In this document: piece by piece, positions 37,229 to 47,222 of the stretch
Numbering within the stretch: the stretch's first letter is position 1
Layout of the letters: every line of letters begins with the position of its first letter
Source: Thermoplasmatales archaeon SW_10_69_26
GTDB lineage: Archaea; Thermoplasmatota; SW-10-69-26
Length of the DNA stretch: 64,000 bases
Direction of reading: 5' to 3'
Assembly: GCA_003009755.1 (NCBI GenBank)
Contig: PXUB01000038.1
Coordinates: 1-64,000, forward strand
Program-made: the position numbers and the translations under genes
Notes under the pieces: generated by a model
What the model saw: only the letters and a program-made list of their open reading frames with translations
The model's database searches: none
What the model was told of the DNA's origin: nothing

Positions 37229-38721
37229 GCGACCCCCCGAGCGGCGATCCCGACGGCGACCAACAGGCCGGTCGTGGCGTGCAGCCCCAGCGCGGCGGCC
37301 TGGTAGGCCACCAACTCGTCGGCCTCACCCTCGGCCTCGCGCACGCCGCGGACGACGTGCACGGCCAAGGGCAGCGTCGCCAGCGCACCCAGCGCGGGCC
37401 ACGCCAGCCAGCCGGAGCCCACGAGGCCGACGATCGCGAGGTAGGCGAGCCCGAGCAGGCCCGCGATCGCCCACGGGGCGTGCTCGCCGACGCGGACGAC
37501 CAGCGTCCGCTTGCCGGTGCGCTCGTCCCAGGGGGCATCCGGCAGCTCGTTCACCGCCAGCAGCGCGGCCATCAACGCGCCCACAGGCACACCCACCAAG
37601 AGGGCTTGGGCCGACAGGCCCCCCACCTGGACGGCGTGGGCCCCGGCCACGATCAGCGGACCGAACACCAGGCCCGCAGCCAGCTCGCCCAGGCCGCGGT
37701 GGCTGAGCCGGAAGGGATCGCCCGAGTAGGCGTAGCCGAGCCCGACCCCGAGCACGCCCAACCCCAGCACCGACCCCCCGGTCGTGGCCGCCAACCACGA
37801 GCCCAGGACTCCGCCGAGGACGGCCAGGCCGACGGCGAGGGCCAGCACGCGTCGGGACCCCAGCAGGCCGCGCTGGATGACGCGCGAGCCGCCGGAGAAC
37901 GGGGTCGGCGTCAGGTTGGCCTCGTCCACGCCGCGGCGATGGTCGTACACGTCGTTCAGCAGGTTCGCCGACAGGTGCAAGGCGGCCGCCGCGCCGAGCG
38001 CGGCACCGGCTCGGAGCGTGTCCAGGCTCGCCTGAGCGAACGCCAAGGCGGTCCCGACGAGCACCGGCACGATCGTCGCCGTCAGGAACCGGGCACGGGT
38101 GGCCTCGGCGAGCACGGCCAGCGGGTTGGGCCGCTCGTGGGCGTCAACCGACCAGTCCACGAGCAGCCTGTCCCCGTCGACGGTGACCTCCACCTCGGCC
38201 CCGATCTGGTCGACGAAGGCCTCCAGCAGGCCGGCCTGGAAGGCCACCGGCAGCGAGCGATCGGGCCGCAAGCGGGCGCGGTGATCGTCGACGTGCTCGA
38301 TGGCCAGGTCCGTGTCCGGGAAGAACCACGGGACGACCTCGTCGACGGCCAGCTCGAGCATCCGGCGAGGCCGGCTCTCGAGGTGCTCGACGAGCGTCGT
38401 GTACATCGACGCCCACCGGTCCACGAAGCTGCGCCCGATGCGCGCCAGCCCTTGCTCGGGGTCCTCGGCGATCTCCTCCGCCAGCAGACCCAGGGCCTGG
38501 GTCCACGGCTCGGCCGGGACCGTCTCGTCCAGGCTCAACCGCTTGACGTCGGAGGGCCCGCCGGCCGTGACGACGAGCTGATCCCACGGATCCAAGCCCA
38601 GGCTGGGCCGGTGGTTGGCCAGCAAGATCTTCCAGGCTAGGGCACGGACGCTGCGATCGGTCCGGGGTCGGGTCGACGGGACGGCGGCCAGGGTCTCACC
38701 GCGGAGCCAGCCAGAGGACAC
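37225..38721 (-). CDS. menA: 1,4-dihydroxy-2-naphthoate prenyltransferase (MenA/UbiA family) with an extra N-terminal soluble domain
   Basis: NLLNDVYD..GVD, FSGGSR, YS..PF.L..RGLGE, NELPD..D..GKRTLVVR.G; GTG start inferred. Confidence 0.8.
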   Translation of the reverse strand: MSSGWLRGETLAAVPSTRPRTDRSVRALAWKILLANHRPSLGLDPWDQLVVTAGGPSDVKRLSLDETVPAEPWTQALGLLAEEIAEDPEQGLARIGRSFVDRWASMYTTLVEHLESRPRRMLELAVDEVVPWFFPDTDLAIEHVDDHRARLRPDRSLPVAFQAGLLEAFVDQIGAEVEVTVDGDRLLVDWSVDAHERPNPLAVLAEATRARFLTATIVPVLVGTALAFAQASLDTLRAGAALGAAAALHLSANLLNDVYDHRRGVDEANLTPTPFSGGSRVIQRGLLGSRRVLALAVGLAVLGGVLGSWLAATTGGSVLGLGVLGVGLGYAYSGDPFRLSHRGLGELAAGLVFGPLIVAGAHAVQVGGLSAQALLVGVPVGALMAALLAVNELPDAPWDERTGKRTLVVRVGEHAPWAIAGLLGLAYLAIVGLVGSGWLAWPALGALATLPLAVHVVRGVREAEGEADELVAYQAAALGLHATTGLLVAVGIAARGVA

Positions 38722-38985
38722 GTTCCTTGAAAACGCTGTCCCCCCACCGCCACGCGCTGTAAGGATAAGAAATGGGGGGGGGACCACCAAGTACGCGAAG
38801 GGACGCCAGGAAACAAAGACGAGCAGCTGCCGTGACAACGCCGCCCGGCGGCGAGTCACAGGGCCTTCATGGCCTTGGCGCTCCTTCGTGTCCTTCGCGG
38901 CCCCTGCTTAACGAGACAGCCGGCCACCGCCACCACGGCCAGCGACCCCGAGGTTCTCAAGTAGGGCGAAGGGATACCCCTGCGC

Positions 38986-39804
38986 ATGGCCACGCTGACG
39001 TTCCTCGGGACCGGCGGGGGCCGGTTCTCGACGCTCTTCCAGACGCGAGCCACGGGAGGCGTCTACCTCGAGGACGGCCCAGCCCGCCTCCACATCGATC
39101 CAGGGCCCGGCGCCCTCCAGCAGCTGCACGAGGCCGGGCTCGACCCGACCGAGACCACCGGCGTCATGGTCAGCCACCGCCACCTCGATCACGCCAACGA
39201 CGCCAACACCGTGATCGCCGGCATGACGCAAGGCGGCACCGAGGAACGCGGCTACCTCGTCGGCTCCAAGAGCGTGATCGAAGGCCACGGCGACGAGGGC
39301 CCCGTCATCACGCGCCGCCACCGCGACCTCGTGACCGAGCACACGACCGCCCGCCCGGGCGAATCGGCCCGCGTCTCCGGTCGCCGGGTCCGGTTCCTCG
39401 ACACCGAGCACCGCGACCCCACCAACGTCGGGTTCGCGATCGAGACCAGCGAGGGCACGGTCACCTACTTCACCGACTCCGTCGCGCGCGAGGATCTGAT
39501 CGAGCAACTGCCGGGCGCCCGCGTCCTTCTGCTCGGCATCACCCGCCCGCGCGGCGCCGGCATCCCGGACCACATGTCGACCGAGGACGCCGTCGCCATC
39601 GCCGAACGCGTCCAGCCGGACCTGTTGGCCTTCACCCACCTCGGGCTCAAGCTGTTGCGCGGCGATCCCGAGGCCGAGGCCCGCTACGTGGAGGACGAGA
39701 CCGGCGTCCGCACGATCGCAGCCCGCGACCTGACCCGGCTCGAGATCGAGGACGCCATCACGGTCGCCCACCCCGAGACCCCGGAGATGGAGGCAAAAGG
39801 CTAA
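38986..39804 (+). CDS. Metallo-beta-lactamase fold hydrolase
   Basis: FLGTGGGR, IDPGPG, SHRHLDH, H, TD, H motifs. Confidence 0.9.
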   Translation: MATLTFLGTGGGRFSTLFQTRATGGVYLEDGPARLHIDPGPGALQQLHEAGLDPTETTGVMVSHRHLDHANDANTVIAGMTQGGTEERGYLVGSKSVIEGHGDEGPVITRRHRDLVTEHTTARPGESARVSGRRVRFLDTEHRDPTNVGFAIETSEGTVTYFTDSVAREDLIEQLPGARVLLLGITRPRGAGIPDHMSTEDAVAIAERVQPDLLAFTHLGLKLLRGDPEAEARYVEDETGVRTIAARDLTRLEIEDAITVAHPETPEMEAKG

Positions 39805-39881
39805 GAAGAGGAAGGGGATTCCCCGGCCCGTCCCGGCAAGAGTGCACGGCCTCGTGTGCGAGCCCGGGGAGCGTGACGTTC

Positions 39882-40244
39882 ATGCTCGAAGAGAAGACCA
39901 ACCCCCACCTCGTGGATACGGTGCTCGCGCTGAAGCAGGCCAGCAGCGAGCACGAGGCCCCCGTCTGGCGGGCCCTCGCCGAACAGCTCGAGAAACCCAG
40001 CCGCGTCCATCCGGACGTCAACGTCGGCGAGCTCCAACGCGTCGCCGACGATGACGCATCGATCGTCGCCGTGCCCGGCAAGGTGCTGGGCGGCGGGTAC
40101 CTCGACCGCGAATTGACCGTGGCCGCCTGGAACTTCTCCGGGTCGGCCGAGGACAAGATCGAGGACGCCGGCGGCTCCGTGCTCACGCTGTCCGACGCCC
40201 TCGACGAGAACCCCGATGGCGAGAACGTGCAGGTGGTGGGCTAG
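39882..40244 (+). CDS. rpl18e: 50S ribosomal protein L18e
   Basis: [30 protein letters not shown]. Confidence 0.95.
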   Translation: MLEEKTNPHLVDTVLALKQASSEHEAPVWRALAEQLEKPSRVHPDVNVGELQRVADDDASIVAVPGKVLGGGYLDRELTVAAWNFSGSAEDKIEDAGGSVLTLSDALDENPDGENVQVVG

Positions 40245-40664
40245 ATGACGAAGGTCTTCGACGCCGGCGGATGCGTCCTGGGCCGCCTTGCCTCCGAGCT
40301 CGCCCAACAGATCCTCCACGACGACGAGCCCGTCAAGGTCGTGAACGCCGAGCAGGCGATCGTGACCGGCGAGAAGAACGACGTGCTCGAGACGTACCGC
40401 AACAAGTACCACCGCGGTACCGAGCGCAAGGGTCCGCACTTCCCCCGCGCCCCCCACCGGCTCGTGAAGCGCACCGTGCGCGGCATGATCCCCTACGACC
40501 AGGCTCGCGGACGGAACGCCTACGAACGGTTGAAGTGCTACATCGGCGTTCCCGAGGACGTCGACGAGTCCGAGATCCAGTCCCTCGACGACGCCCAGCC
40601 CAAGTCCGTGCGCGAGCACGTGACCGTCGCGGAGATCTCCCGGGACCTCGGAGCGAAGGTGTGA
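40245..40664 (+). CDS. rpl13: 50S ribosomal protein L13
   Basis: [29 protein letters not shown]. Confidence 0.96.
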   Translation: MTKVFDAGGCVLGRLASELAQQILHDDEPVKVVNAEQAIVTGEKNDVLETYRNKYHRGTERKGPHFPRAPHRLVKRTVRGMIPYDQARGRNAYERLKCYIGVPEDVDESEIQSLDDAQPKSVREHVTVAEISRDLGAKV

Positions 40665-40669
40665 GTTCC

Positions 40670-41077
40670 ATGGCTGACGACGTTGTGAACACGAGCGGGA
40701 AACGCAAGGAAGCCGTCGCCCGGGCCACGGTCCGCCCCGGCGAGGGTCGCATCCGCATCAACAACCGACCGGTCGAGATCATGGAGCCGCGCGTCGCTCG
40801 CGACAAGATGCTCGAACCGCTGCGCGTCGCCGGTGTCGACCACCGCGACGACGTCGACATCAACGTGAGCGTCGAAGGCGGCGGGTTCATGGGCCAAGCC
40901 GACGCGGCCCGCACCGCGATCGCTCGCGGCCTCGTCGACTTCTTCGACGACCCCGAGCTGCAGCAGACCTTCCTGCGCTACGATCGATCGCTGCTCGTGA
41001 ACGACCCGCGCCGCAAGGAGCCCAAGCAGCCGATGGGTCCCGGTGCGCGCGCCAAGCGCCAGAAGTCCTACCGGTGA
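40670..41077 (+). CDS. rps9: 30S ribosomal protein S9
   Basis: [37 protein letters not shown]. Confidence 0.97.
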   Translation: MADDVVNTSGKRKEAVARATVRPGEGRIRINNRPVEIMEPRVARDKMLEPLRVAGVDHRDDVDINVSVEGGGFMGQADAARTAIARGLVDFFDDPELQQTFLRYDRSLLVNDPRRKEPKQPMGPGARAKRQKSYR

Positions 41078-41084
41078 TCGCACG

Positions 41085-41279
41085 ATGATCATCCCCGTCC
41101 GCTGCTTCTCGTGCGGCACGGTCATCGCCGACGCCTGGGAGGAGTACAAGGAACGCACCGACGCCGGCGAGAACCCCCAACAGGTCCTCGAAGACGTGGG
41201 CCTGGAACGGTACTGCTGCCGGCGCATGCTCCTCTCCCACCGCGAGACGATCGACGAAGTGCGTCAGTACAGCATCTGA
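41085..41279 (+). CDS. rpoN: DNA-directed RNA polymerase subunit N (Rpo10)
   Basis: [11 protein letters not shown]...[11 protein letters not shown]. Confidence 0.97.
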   Translation: MIIPVRCFSCGTVIADAWEEYKERTDAGENPQQVLEDVGLERYCCRRMLLSHRETIDEVRQYSI

Positions 41280-41283
41280 GGGA

Positions 41284-41468
41284 GCATCTGAGGTCGACTC
41301 CCGTCGGCAGGCTGGCCTGAGCGGTCACGCTGACTGCGTCGGTCGGCATCGAGGTACCGCAGGTATACCTCTGCTTCGACCTCCTGGTCAGCGACCGCTC
41401 AGGGCCTCGACGTTCCCTCGAACCAGCCTGCCTCGGTCCGCCGGACTCGGTCGCCGACGCTCAGATGC
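41284..41468. repeat. Long imperfect nested inverted repeat
   Basis: GCATCTGAG/CTCAGATGC, GGCAGGCTGG/CCAGCCTGCC, CCTGAGCGGTC/GACCGCTCAGG, GAGGTA/TACCTC nested in order. Confidence 0.75.
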
Positions 41469-41574
41469 CGCAGCGGGCGGTGTGGACCGTGTCATCTATC
41501 GACCCGCACTGTCCCACCGGCGGGTCCGCCGTGGAGAGTAAGGCTAATGGGGAACCGGCCGTTCCCCGCCGCCA

Positions 41575-41647
41575 GGGCCCATAGGGTAACTTGGTATCCT
41601 TGCGCCTTTGGGTGGCGTTGATCCCCGTTCAAATCGGGGTGGGCCCA
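41575..41647 (+). tRNA. tRNA-Pro (UGG)
   Basis: Acceptor GGGCCCA/TGGGCCC, anticodon arm GCGCC-TT-TGG-GT-GGCGT, T-loop TTCAAAT; no encoded CCA. Confidence 0.95.
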
Positions 41648-42015
41648 CTTCTCGACGGCTGATGTCACAGCAGGACAGCCGTCGAGAAGCTCGACGGACC
41701 CGAGGCGTCGGCGAGGGTCCGTCTGAGCCTCGTGACCGCCAGCGAGCCCCCGAGCGCCCGCGGTCTCGAGGATGGTGGATGCAGGCTGACGTCACAGCAG
41801 AGCAGCCGTCGAGAAGCTCGACGGACCCGAGGCGCCAGCGAGGGTCCGTCTGAGGGGAGGGAAGCTCTGCTTCCCGAGCGAGGCCGCATCCATGCGGCCG
41901 GACCTCGAGACCGCAAGTTCGCACGGATCGACGATCCGTGCTCTCGCGAGGGTTCGCCGAGGGCAGGAACCCTCGCGACGAGCCCCGAGCGCCCGCGGTC
42001 TCGGGGATGGTGGGC
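41648..42015. repeat. Tandem hairpin repeat cluster downstream of tRNA-Pro
   Basis: ~70-bp unit (GGCTGA.GTCACAGCAG..CAGCCGTCGAGAAGCTCGACGGACCC..GGGTCCGTCTGAG) twice; GAGCCCC(C)GAGCGCCCGCGGTCTCG.GGATGGTGG twice. Confidence 0.8.
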
Positions 42016-42273
42016 GGCGTCACTCGCAGGTAGGCGTCCGTGTGCGGTCGGAGGCTCCGGCCGGCTCGACCCCCCGCGGACGTCCGCTGGCGGACACGTC
42101 GAGTGAGAGAGCCTGGTAGCCGACGAGAGAGCCGGCCGCGCGGGCGATCCCTGCCAGGGCCGGAGTCGCGTTGACAGCTGCCGTCGGCCCAACCGATCGG
42201 CGTTGCAACACCTATCGAGACGGGTTCGGGCCGCTTGACCGGCGCGATGTGCAGTCTGGAACTCGTGACAAGC

Positions 42274-42280
42274 TTTTATA
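42274..42280 (+). promoter_or_regulatory. TATA box of a probably leaderless transcript
   Basis: TTTTATA about 30 bp upstream of ATG 42312. Confidence 0.55.
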
Positions 42281-42311
42281 GCAGGGAACGGCAGCCCTTG
42301 GTGGCCGGTCC

Positions 42312-43031
42312 ATGGAAGGGTTCGACCGTATCTGCACCGGTGTCGCCGGTCTCGACTCCCAACTGGGAGGAGGGGTACCGCGAGGTACGTCGATCCTCCT
42401 CATCGCCGAATCCACCAACGCCCTCTACAAGTTCCTCGACGAGCTGGCCGCGTTCGGCGTCGAGCAGAAGGAGGAGGTCTTCTGGCTGGAGCTGGACCGC
42501 CCCTGGGACCTCGTCCGCGACAGCCTCGAGACCACGCTCGACGGCCGCCAGGGCAAGCTCACCGTGCTCAACGCCTTCCAACCCCACCTCGGTCAGGCGT
42601 CCACGAACGGCGACGCGATCGGAATGGAGACGATCGACCCCAGCGACATCGAGGACGTGACCACCCACCGGTTGTCGAAGGTCGAGAAGGGCAACTACCG
42701 CATGGTGTTGACCTCGCTCAGCAGCATGCTGCAGACCGAGCCCGAGGACGAGGTGCTGGACTACGTGCGCCAGGTCGTCGCCCTCGGCCAGGACATGGGT
42801 GGCCTGCAGATCTTCACGATGGTCGAGGACGCCCACTCCGCCCAGACGCTGGCCATGTTCAAGCACATGTGCACCGCCGTGTTCGAGCTGGGCATGGAAC
42901 GCAAGGGCTTCGGCCTGTACTCCTACCTCAAGATCGAGAAACTCCTGGGCGTCCCCGACGCCGCCAACCTCATGCTCTTCGACGAGACCGACGAGGGCCT
43001 GCGCCTGGAGAACACCAAACGCGTGTTCTGA
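42312..43031 (+). CDS. KaiC/RAD55-like RecA-fold protein with degenerate Walker A
   Basis: TGVAGLD..LGGGVPRG.SILL and YLKIEK..G..F..T.EGL; P-loop replaced by AESTNALYK. Confidence 0.8.
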   Translation: MEGFDRICTGVAGLDSQLGGGVPRGTSILLIAESTNALYKFLDELAAFGVEQKEEVFWLELDRPWDLVRDSLETTLDGRQGKLTVLNAFQPHLGQASTNGDAIGMETIDPSDIEDVTTHRLSKVEKGNYRMVLTSLSSMLQTEPEDEVLDYVRQVVALGQDMGGLQIFTMVEDAHSAQTLAMFKHMCTAVFELGMERKGFGLYSYLKIEKLLGVPDAANLMLFDETDEGLRLENTKRVF

Positions 43032-43090
43032 CCCGCACCGGTCAAGGCATCACGGGCAACACTTTAACGCCGCCAGGTCGCGTCCCCACC

Positions 43091-44104
43091 GTGCGCGTCA
43101 CCCACGCGGTGATCGTCGGCCTCCTGCTCGTCAGCGCGGGCTGTCTGACCGGCGCCGACGAGACGGCCGAGGAGCCCGAGGACGGGAGCCTCGATGCTCG
43201 GGCCGACCCGAACACCGAGACCGACGCCACCTCCCGCGCCCCGGAACCGGGCCCCCTCGAGGCCCCGCCCAGCTGGATCCCCGGCGAGTACTGGACGATC
43301 GAGATCGACAGCACCCTGCTCGACGAACCGATCACCTGGACGCGCGTCGTCGCCGGCTACAGCTCGGACACCTACCTGCTTGGCCAACCCGCCGAGGAGG
43401 CCACGCCGGCCGGCCTCCTGTTGCACGTGCCCGGCCTGGGCCCCGTCGACCAGGGCAACCTCTCCTACGGCGTGCACGGAGACGCCTTCCAGCCGACGGC
43501 GTTCCCGCTCGAGGAGGGCCAAGCCTGGCAGACGTCGTTCGAGGGCGACCCCGTGAACGCGACCGTGACCCGCGCCGGCGACGTCGCCGAGATCGCGTTC
43601 TGCTGCTCGCGGAACATCACCGCCACCTACGACCCCAGCGTGCGCGCGATCAGCTCGCTGTCCGTCGACGACGGCTTCCTCGCCTACGAGGTCACCGACC
43701 ACGGCTACGCCTACGAGGGTGACATCGAGGTCCCCACCGAGCGCGAGGTCGTGTTCCTCCAGGGACGCGCGGCCGGCGCCCTCACGACCGACGGCTCGGC
43801 TGGCCCCCCGGCCGGGCAGGCCCAGGTCCCCGAGGCTGTGGACCGGGTCGCTTTCACGCAGATCGTCGGCAACCTCGACATGACACCCGCCGAGGAGATC
43901 GGCGCCTACCTCGAACGGGCCCAACTGCCGAACGGCTCCACCTACACCACCCAGCGATCGGCCAGAACCGACGGCCTGGCCATCAGCTTCCACGAGGCCG
44001 CCAACGCCTCCGGCACGTGGACCTTCGACCACGTCGCCGGCGGTCCCGGCCTGGCCTTCACCGAGGGCATCGGCTACCAGCTCGAGACGCGCACCCTCGG
44101 GTGA
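43091..44104 (+). CDS. Hypothetical lipoprotein
   Basis: SAGC lipobox, P.W.PG.YW, FPLEEG..W. Confidence 0.75.
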   Translation: MRVTHAVIVGLLLVSAGCLTGADETAEEPEDGSLDARADPNTETDATSRAPEPGPLEAPPSWIPGEYWTIEIDSTLLDEPITWTRVVAGYSSDTYLLGQPAEEATPAGLLLHVPGLGPVDQGNLSYGVHGDAFQPTAFPLEEGQAWQTSFEGDPVNATVTRAGDVAEIAFCCSRNITATYDPSVRAISSLSVDDGFLAYEVTDHGYAYEGDIEVPTEREVVFLQGRAAGALTTDGSAGPPAGQAQVPEAVDRVAFTQIVGNLDMTPAEEIGAYLERAQLPNGSTYTTQRSARTDGLAISFHEAANASGTWTFDHVAGGPGLAFTEGIGYQLETRTLG

Positions 44105-44150
44105 GGCCCTCAAGGGTGGATACTTCAGGCACGACACCGATACCCCCTGC

Positions 44151-45497
44151 ATGGGTCTGGACGTCCGGGAACGGTTCCCCGTCACCGAGACGACGTTGAC
44201 GAGCCCCGTCGACGGGGCCGAGCGACCGCTGGTCTACCTCGACCACGCCGCCTCGACGCACGCGCCGACCCCCGTGCTCGACGCCCACAAACGCTTCCTC
44301 AGCGAAGCCTACGCCAACGTCCACCGGGGCGCACACCACCTCAGCGAGGTCAGCACGGAGGCCTACGAGGATGTGCGCTGGAAGTGCAAGGCCTTCGTCG
44401 GCGCCCGCCCGGACCAGGACGTCCTCTTCACGCCGAACACGACCGCCGCCCTCGACCTGGCCTCCCACCTCGTCGCCGACGAGCCCGGGTACACGCTCGT
44501 CACGACGATGGAGCACCACAGCAACGACCTCCCGCACCGGGAGAAGGGCGCCACCGCGCACGTCGGCGTCACCGACGATGGCCGGCTGGACCTGGCCGAC
44601 CTCGAGGACAAGCTGGCCACGTACAAGACCAAGCTCGTCGCCGTCACCATGGCCAGCAACGTCACCGGAATCCGGCCGCCGCTGGCCGAGATCACCGACC
44701 TGGCCCACAGCTACGGCGCCAAGGTCCTCGTCGACGGCGCCCAAGCCCTGGCCCACCTCCCCGTCGACCTGCGCGGGATCGGCGACACCGGCGGCCCCGA
44801 CATGTTCGCCGCCGCCGGCCACAAGGCCTACGCCCCGATGGGCGCCGCCTTCCTCGTCGCCCCGCGCGAACTCGTGAACGACGCCGACCCCTACCAGCCC
44901 GGCGGCGGCACCGTGTCCCTGGTCGGCACCGACGACGTCGTCTGGACGAAGGGCACCGACCGCCACCAAGGCGGCACCCCCAACGTGCCCGGCATCGTCG
45001 CCATGGGCGCCGCGCTGGACTTCCTGCGCGGCGTCGGCATGCAAGCCGTCCGCGACCACGAGCGCGAGCTGTTGACCCGCATGCTGGACGGCCTGGACGC
45101 GATCCCGGAGGTCGACGTGCTCGGCTCGGCCCCGGCCCGCGACCGCGTCGGCGCCGTCGGGTTCACGATCGACGGCGTCCACCACCGGCTGGCCTCCCAG
45201 ATCTTCGACAACGAGCACGGCGTCGCCACCCGCAACGGCTGGTTCTGCGCCCACCCCTACATCGTGCGCCTGCTCGGCCTCGAGGACCGGGTGGACGAGC
45301 TGCGTCAACGCGTCCACGACGGCGGCAGCGCCCGCGAACCCGGGTTCCCCGGCGCGGTGCGCGCCAGCCTGGGCATCTACAACACCCGCGAGGAGATCGA
45401 CCACTTCCTCGACGCCGTCCGCCAGGTTGCCGGCCGCGACTGGCAGGGCAGCTACGCCTACACCGAAGGCGACAACTGGCGTCCCGCCCGAACGTGA
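44151..45497 (+). CDS. Cysteine desulfurase (SufS-like, aminotransferase class V)
   Basis: YLDHAAS, NVHRG, EHHSN, DGAQ, GHKAYAP, GTPN, RNGWFCAHP, RASLG.YN. Confidence 0.9.
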   Translation: MGLDVRERFPVTETTLTSPVDGAERPLVYLDHAASTHAPTPVLDAHKRFLSEAYANVHRGAHHLSEVSTEAYEDVRWKCKAFVGARPDQDVLFTPNTTAALDLASHLVADEPGYTLVTTMEHHSNDLPHREKGATAHVGVTDDGRLDLADLEDKLATYKTKLVAVTMASNVTGIRPPLAEITDLAHSYGAKVLVDGAQALAHLPVDLRGIGDTGGPDMFAAAGHKAYAPMGAAFLVAPRELVNDADPYQPGGGTVSLVGTDDVVWTKGTDRHQGGTPNVPGIVAMGAALDFLRGVGMQAVRDHERELLTRMLDGLDAIPEVDVLGSAPARDRVGAVGFTIDGVHHRLASQIFDNEHGVATRNGWFCAHPYIVRLLGLEDRVDELRQRVHDGGSAREPGFPGAVRASLGIYNTREEIDHFLDAVRQVAGRDWQGSYAYTEGDNWRPART

Positions 45498-45597
45498 GGT
45501 CGCCGGCGGGTGTGGGCCGGGCCCGCATGCCCGTCTCTGCCTGTACCGTCGGCCCGATGCGAAGGTTGATACCCGGGCAAGCGTTAGATGCGGTCCC

Positions 45598-47220
45598 GTG
45601 ACGCAAACGAGGTTCATCGTGGTCACGGGGGGTGTCCTCTCCGGATTGGGGAAGGGCATCACGACCTCCTCGATCGGACGACTGTTGAAAGCCAGCGGGC
45701 TCTCCGTCACGGCCGTCAAGATCGATCCCTACGTCAACTGCGACGCAGGGACGATGAACCCCTTCGAGCACGGCGAGGTGTTCGTGCTCGAGGACGGGGG
45801 CGAGGTCGACCTGGACCTTGGGAACTACGAGCGCTTCCTCGACACCAACATCCCCAAGGACAACAACCTCACCACCGGCAAGGTCTACCGCAGCGTCATC
45901 GAGAAGGAACGCCAGGGCGAGTACCTGGGCAAGACGGTCCAGATCGTCCCCCACGTCACCGAGGAGATCCGCGAGCGCGTCGAGGAGGCCGCCGCGAAGG
46001 CCAACGCCGACGTCTGCCTCGTCGAGGTCGGTGGCACCGTCGGCGACATGGAGTCGATGCCGTTCCTGGAGGGCCTGCGTCAGCTGTCCCGCGAGCACGG
46101 CCGGGACAACGTCGTGTTCGTTCACACCACGCTGGTCCCGATCCTCGCCCCGGTCGGCGAGCAGAAGACCAAGCCCACCCAGCACAGCGTCAAGGAGCTG
46201 AAGGCGACCGGCATCGAGCCCGACATGATCGTGTGCCGGTGCGAGGAGCCGCTCGCGGAGAGCACGCGCGAGAAGATCTCGCACTTCTGCGACGTCGACA
46301 CGGACGCCGTCGTCGGCGCCCCCGACGTCGACACGAAGTACCAGGTCCCCTTGCTCATCCACGACCAGGGCGTCGACGACTGGCTCGAGGAACGGTTGGA
46401 CCTGGACCGGGACGAGCCCGACCTCGACCCCTGGAAGCGGTTCCTCGACGGCGTCCAGAACCCGACCCACGACGTCGAGATCGCGATCGTGGGCAAGTAC
46501 ACCGAGCTCGAGGACGCCTACATGAGCATCACCGAGGCGTTCAACCACGCCGGCTCGGAGCTGTCGACCGACGTCGGCATCCGCTGGGTCGACAGCGACG
46601 AGCTGACCCTCGAGGACCTCGAGGAGGCCGACGACCCCGATGGCATCCTCGTCCCCGGTGGCTTCGGAGCCCGCGGCACGCAGGGCAAGATCAACGCCAT
46701 CCGGCACGCCCGCGAGGAGAAGATCCCGTTCCTCGGAATCTGCTACGGGTTCCAGCTCGCCGTCGTCGAGTTCGCCCGCAACGTCCTCGGCCTCGAGGAC
46801 GCCACCTCCAAGGAGCTGATGGAGGAGAGGGGCATCGACTCCGAGAACCCCGTCATCGACCTCCTCCCCGAGCAACGCTCCGTGGACGCCAAGGGTGGCA
46901 CGATGCGGCTCGGTGCCACGCCCGTCCGCATCGACGCCGGCACCACCGCCCACGAGCTGTACGGGACCGAGCTCGTGCTCGAACGCCACCGCCACCGCTA
47001 CGAGGTCAACCCCCGCTACCACGACGACCTCATCGACCACGGTCTCACCTTCAGCGGCTGCGACTCGACCGGTCTCCGCATGGAGATCCTCGAGCACGAG
47101 GATCACCCATTCTTCCTCGGCAGCCAGTTCCACCCGGAGTTCAAAAGCCGACCCGGCGACCCCGCCCCGCTGTTCCGCGGGCTCGTGCAAGCCACGCTCA
47201 AGGCCGACGACGGGGTCTAG
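45598..47220 (+). CDS. pyrG: CTP synthase
   Basis: VTGGVLSGLGKG, KIDPYVN, GEVFV.EDG.E.DLDLG, GICYG, RHRHRYE, QFHPEF. Confidence 0.98.
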   Translation: MTQTRFIVVTGGVLSGLGKGITTSSIGRLLKASGLSVTAVKIDPYVNCDAGTMNPFEHGEVFVLEDGGEVDLDLGNYERFLDTNIPKDNNLTTGKVYRSVIEKERQGEYLGKTVQIVPHVTEEIRERVEEAAAKANADVCLVEVGGTVGDMESMPFLEGLRQLSREHGRDNVVFVHTTLVPILAPVGEQKTKPTQHSVKELKATGIEPDMIVCRCEEPLAESTREKISHFCDVDTDAVVGAPDVDTKYQVPLLIHDQGVDDWLEERLDLDRDEPDLDPWKRFLDGVQNPTHDVEIAIVGKYTELEDAYMSITEAFNHAGSELSTDVGIRWVDSDELTLEDLEEADDPDGILVPGGFGARGTQGKINAIRHAREEKIPFLGICYGFQLAVVEFARNVLGLEDATSKELMEERGIDSENPVIDLLPEQRSVDAKGGTMRLGATPVRIDAGTTAHELYGTELVLERHRHRYEVNPRYHDDLIDHGLTFSGCDSTGLRMEILEHEDHPFFLGSQFHPEFKSRPGDPAPLFRGLVQATLKADDGV

Positions 47221-47222
47221 CC

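Noticed and set aside
41575-42300. Integrated element at tRNA-Pro
   Set aside because: No integrase and no duplicated tRNA 3' end (att site) found in the window.
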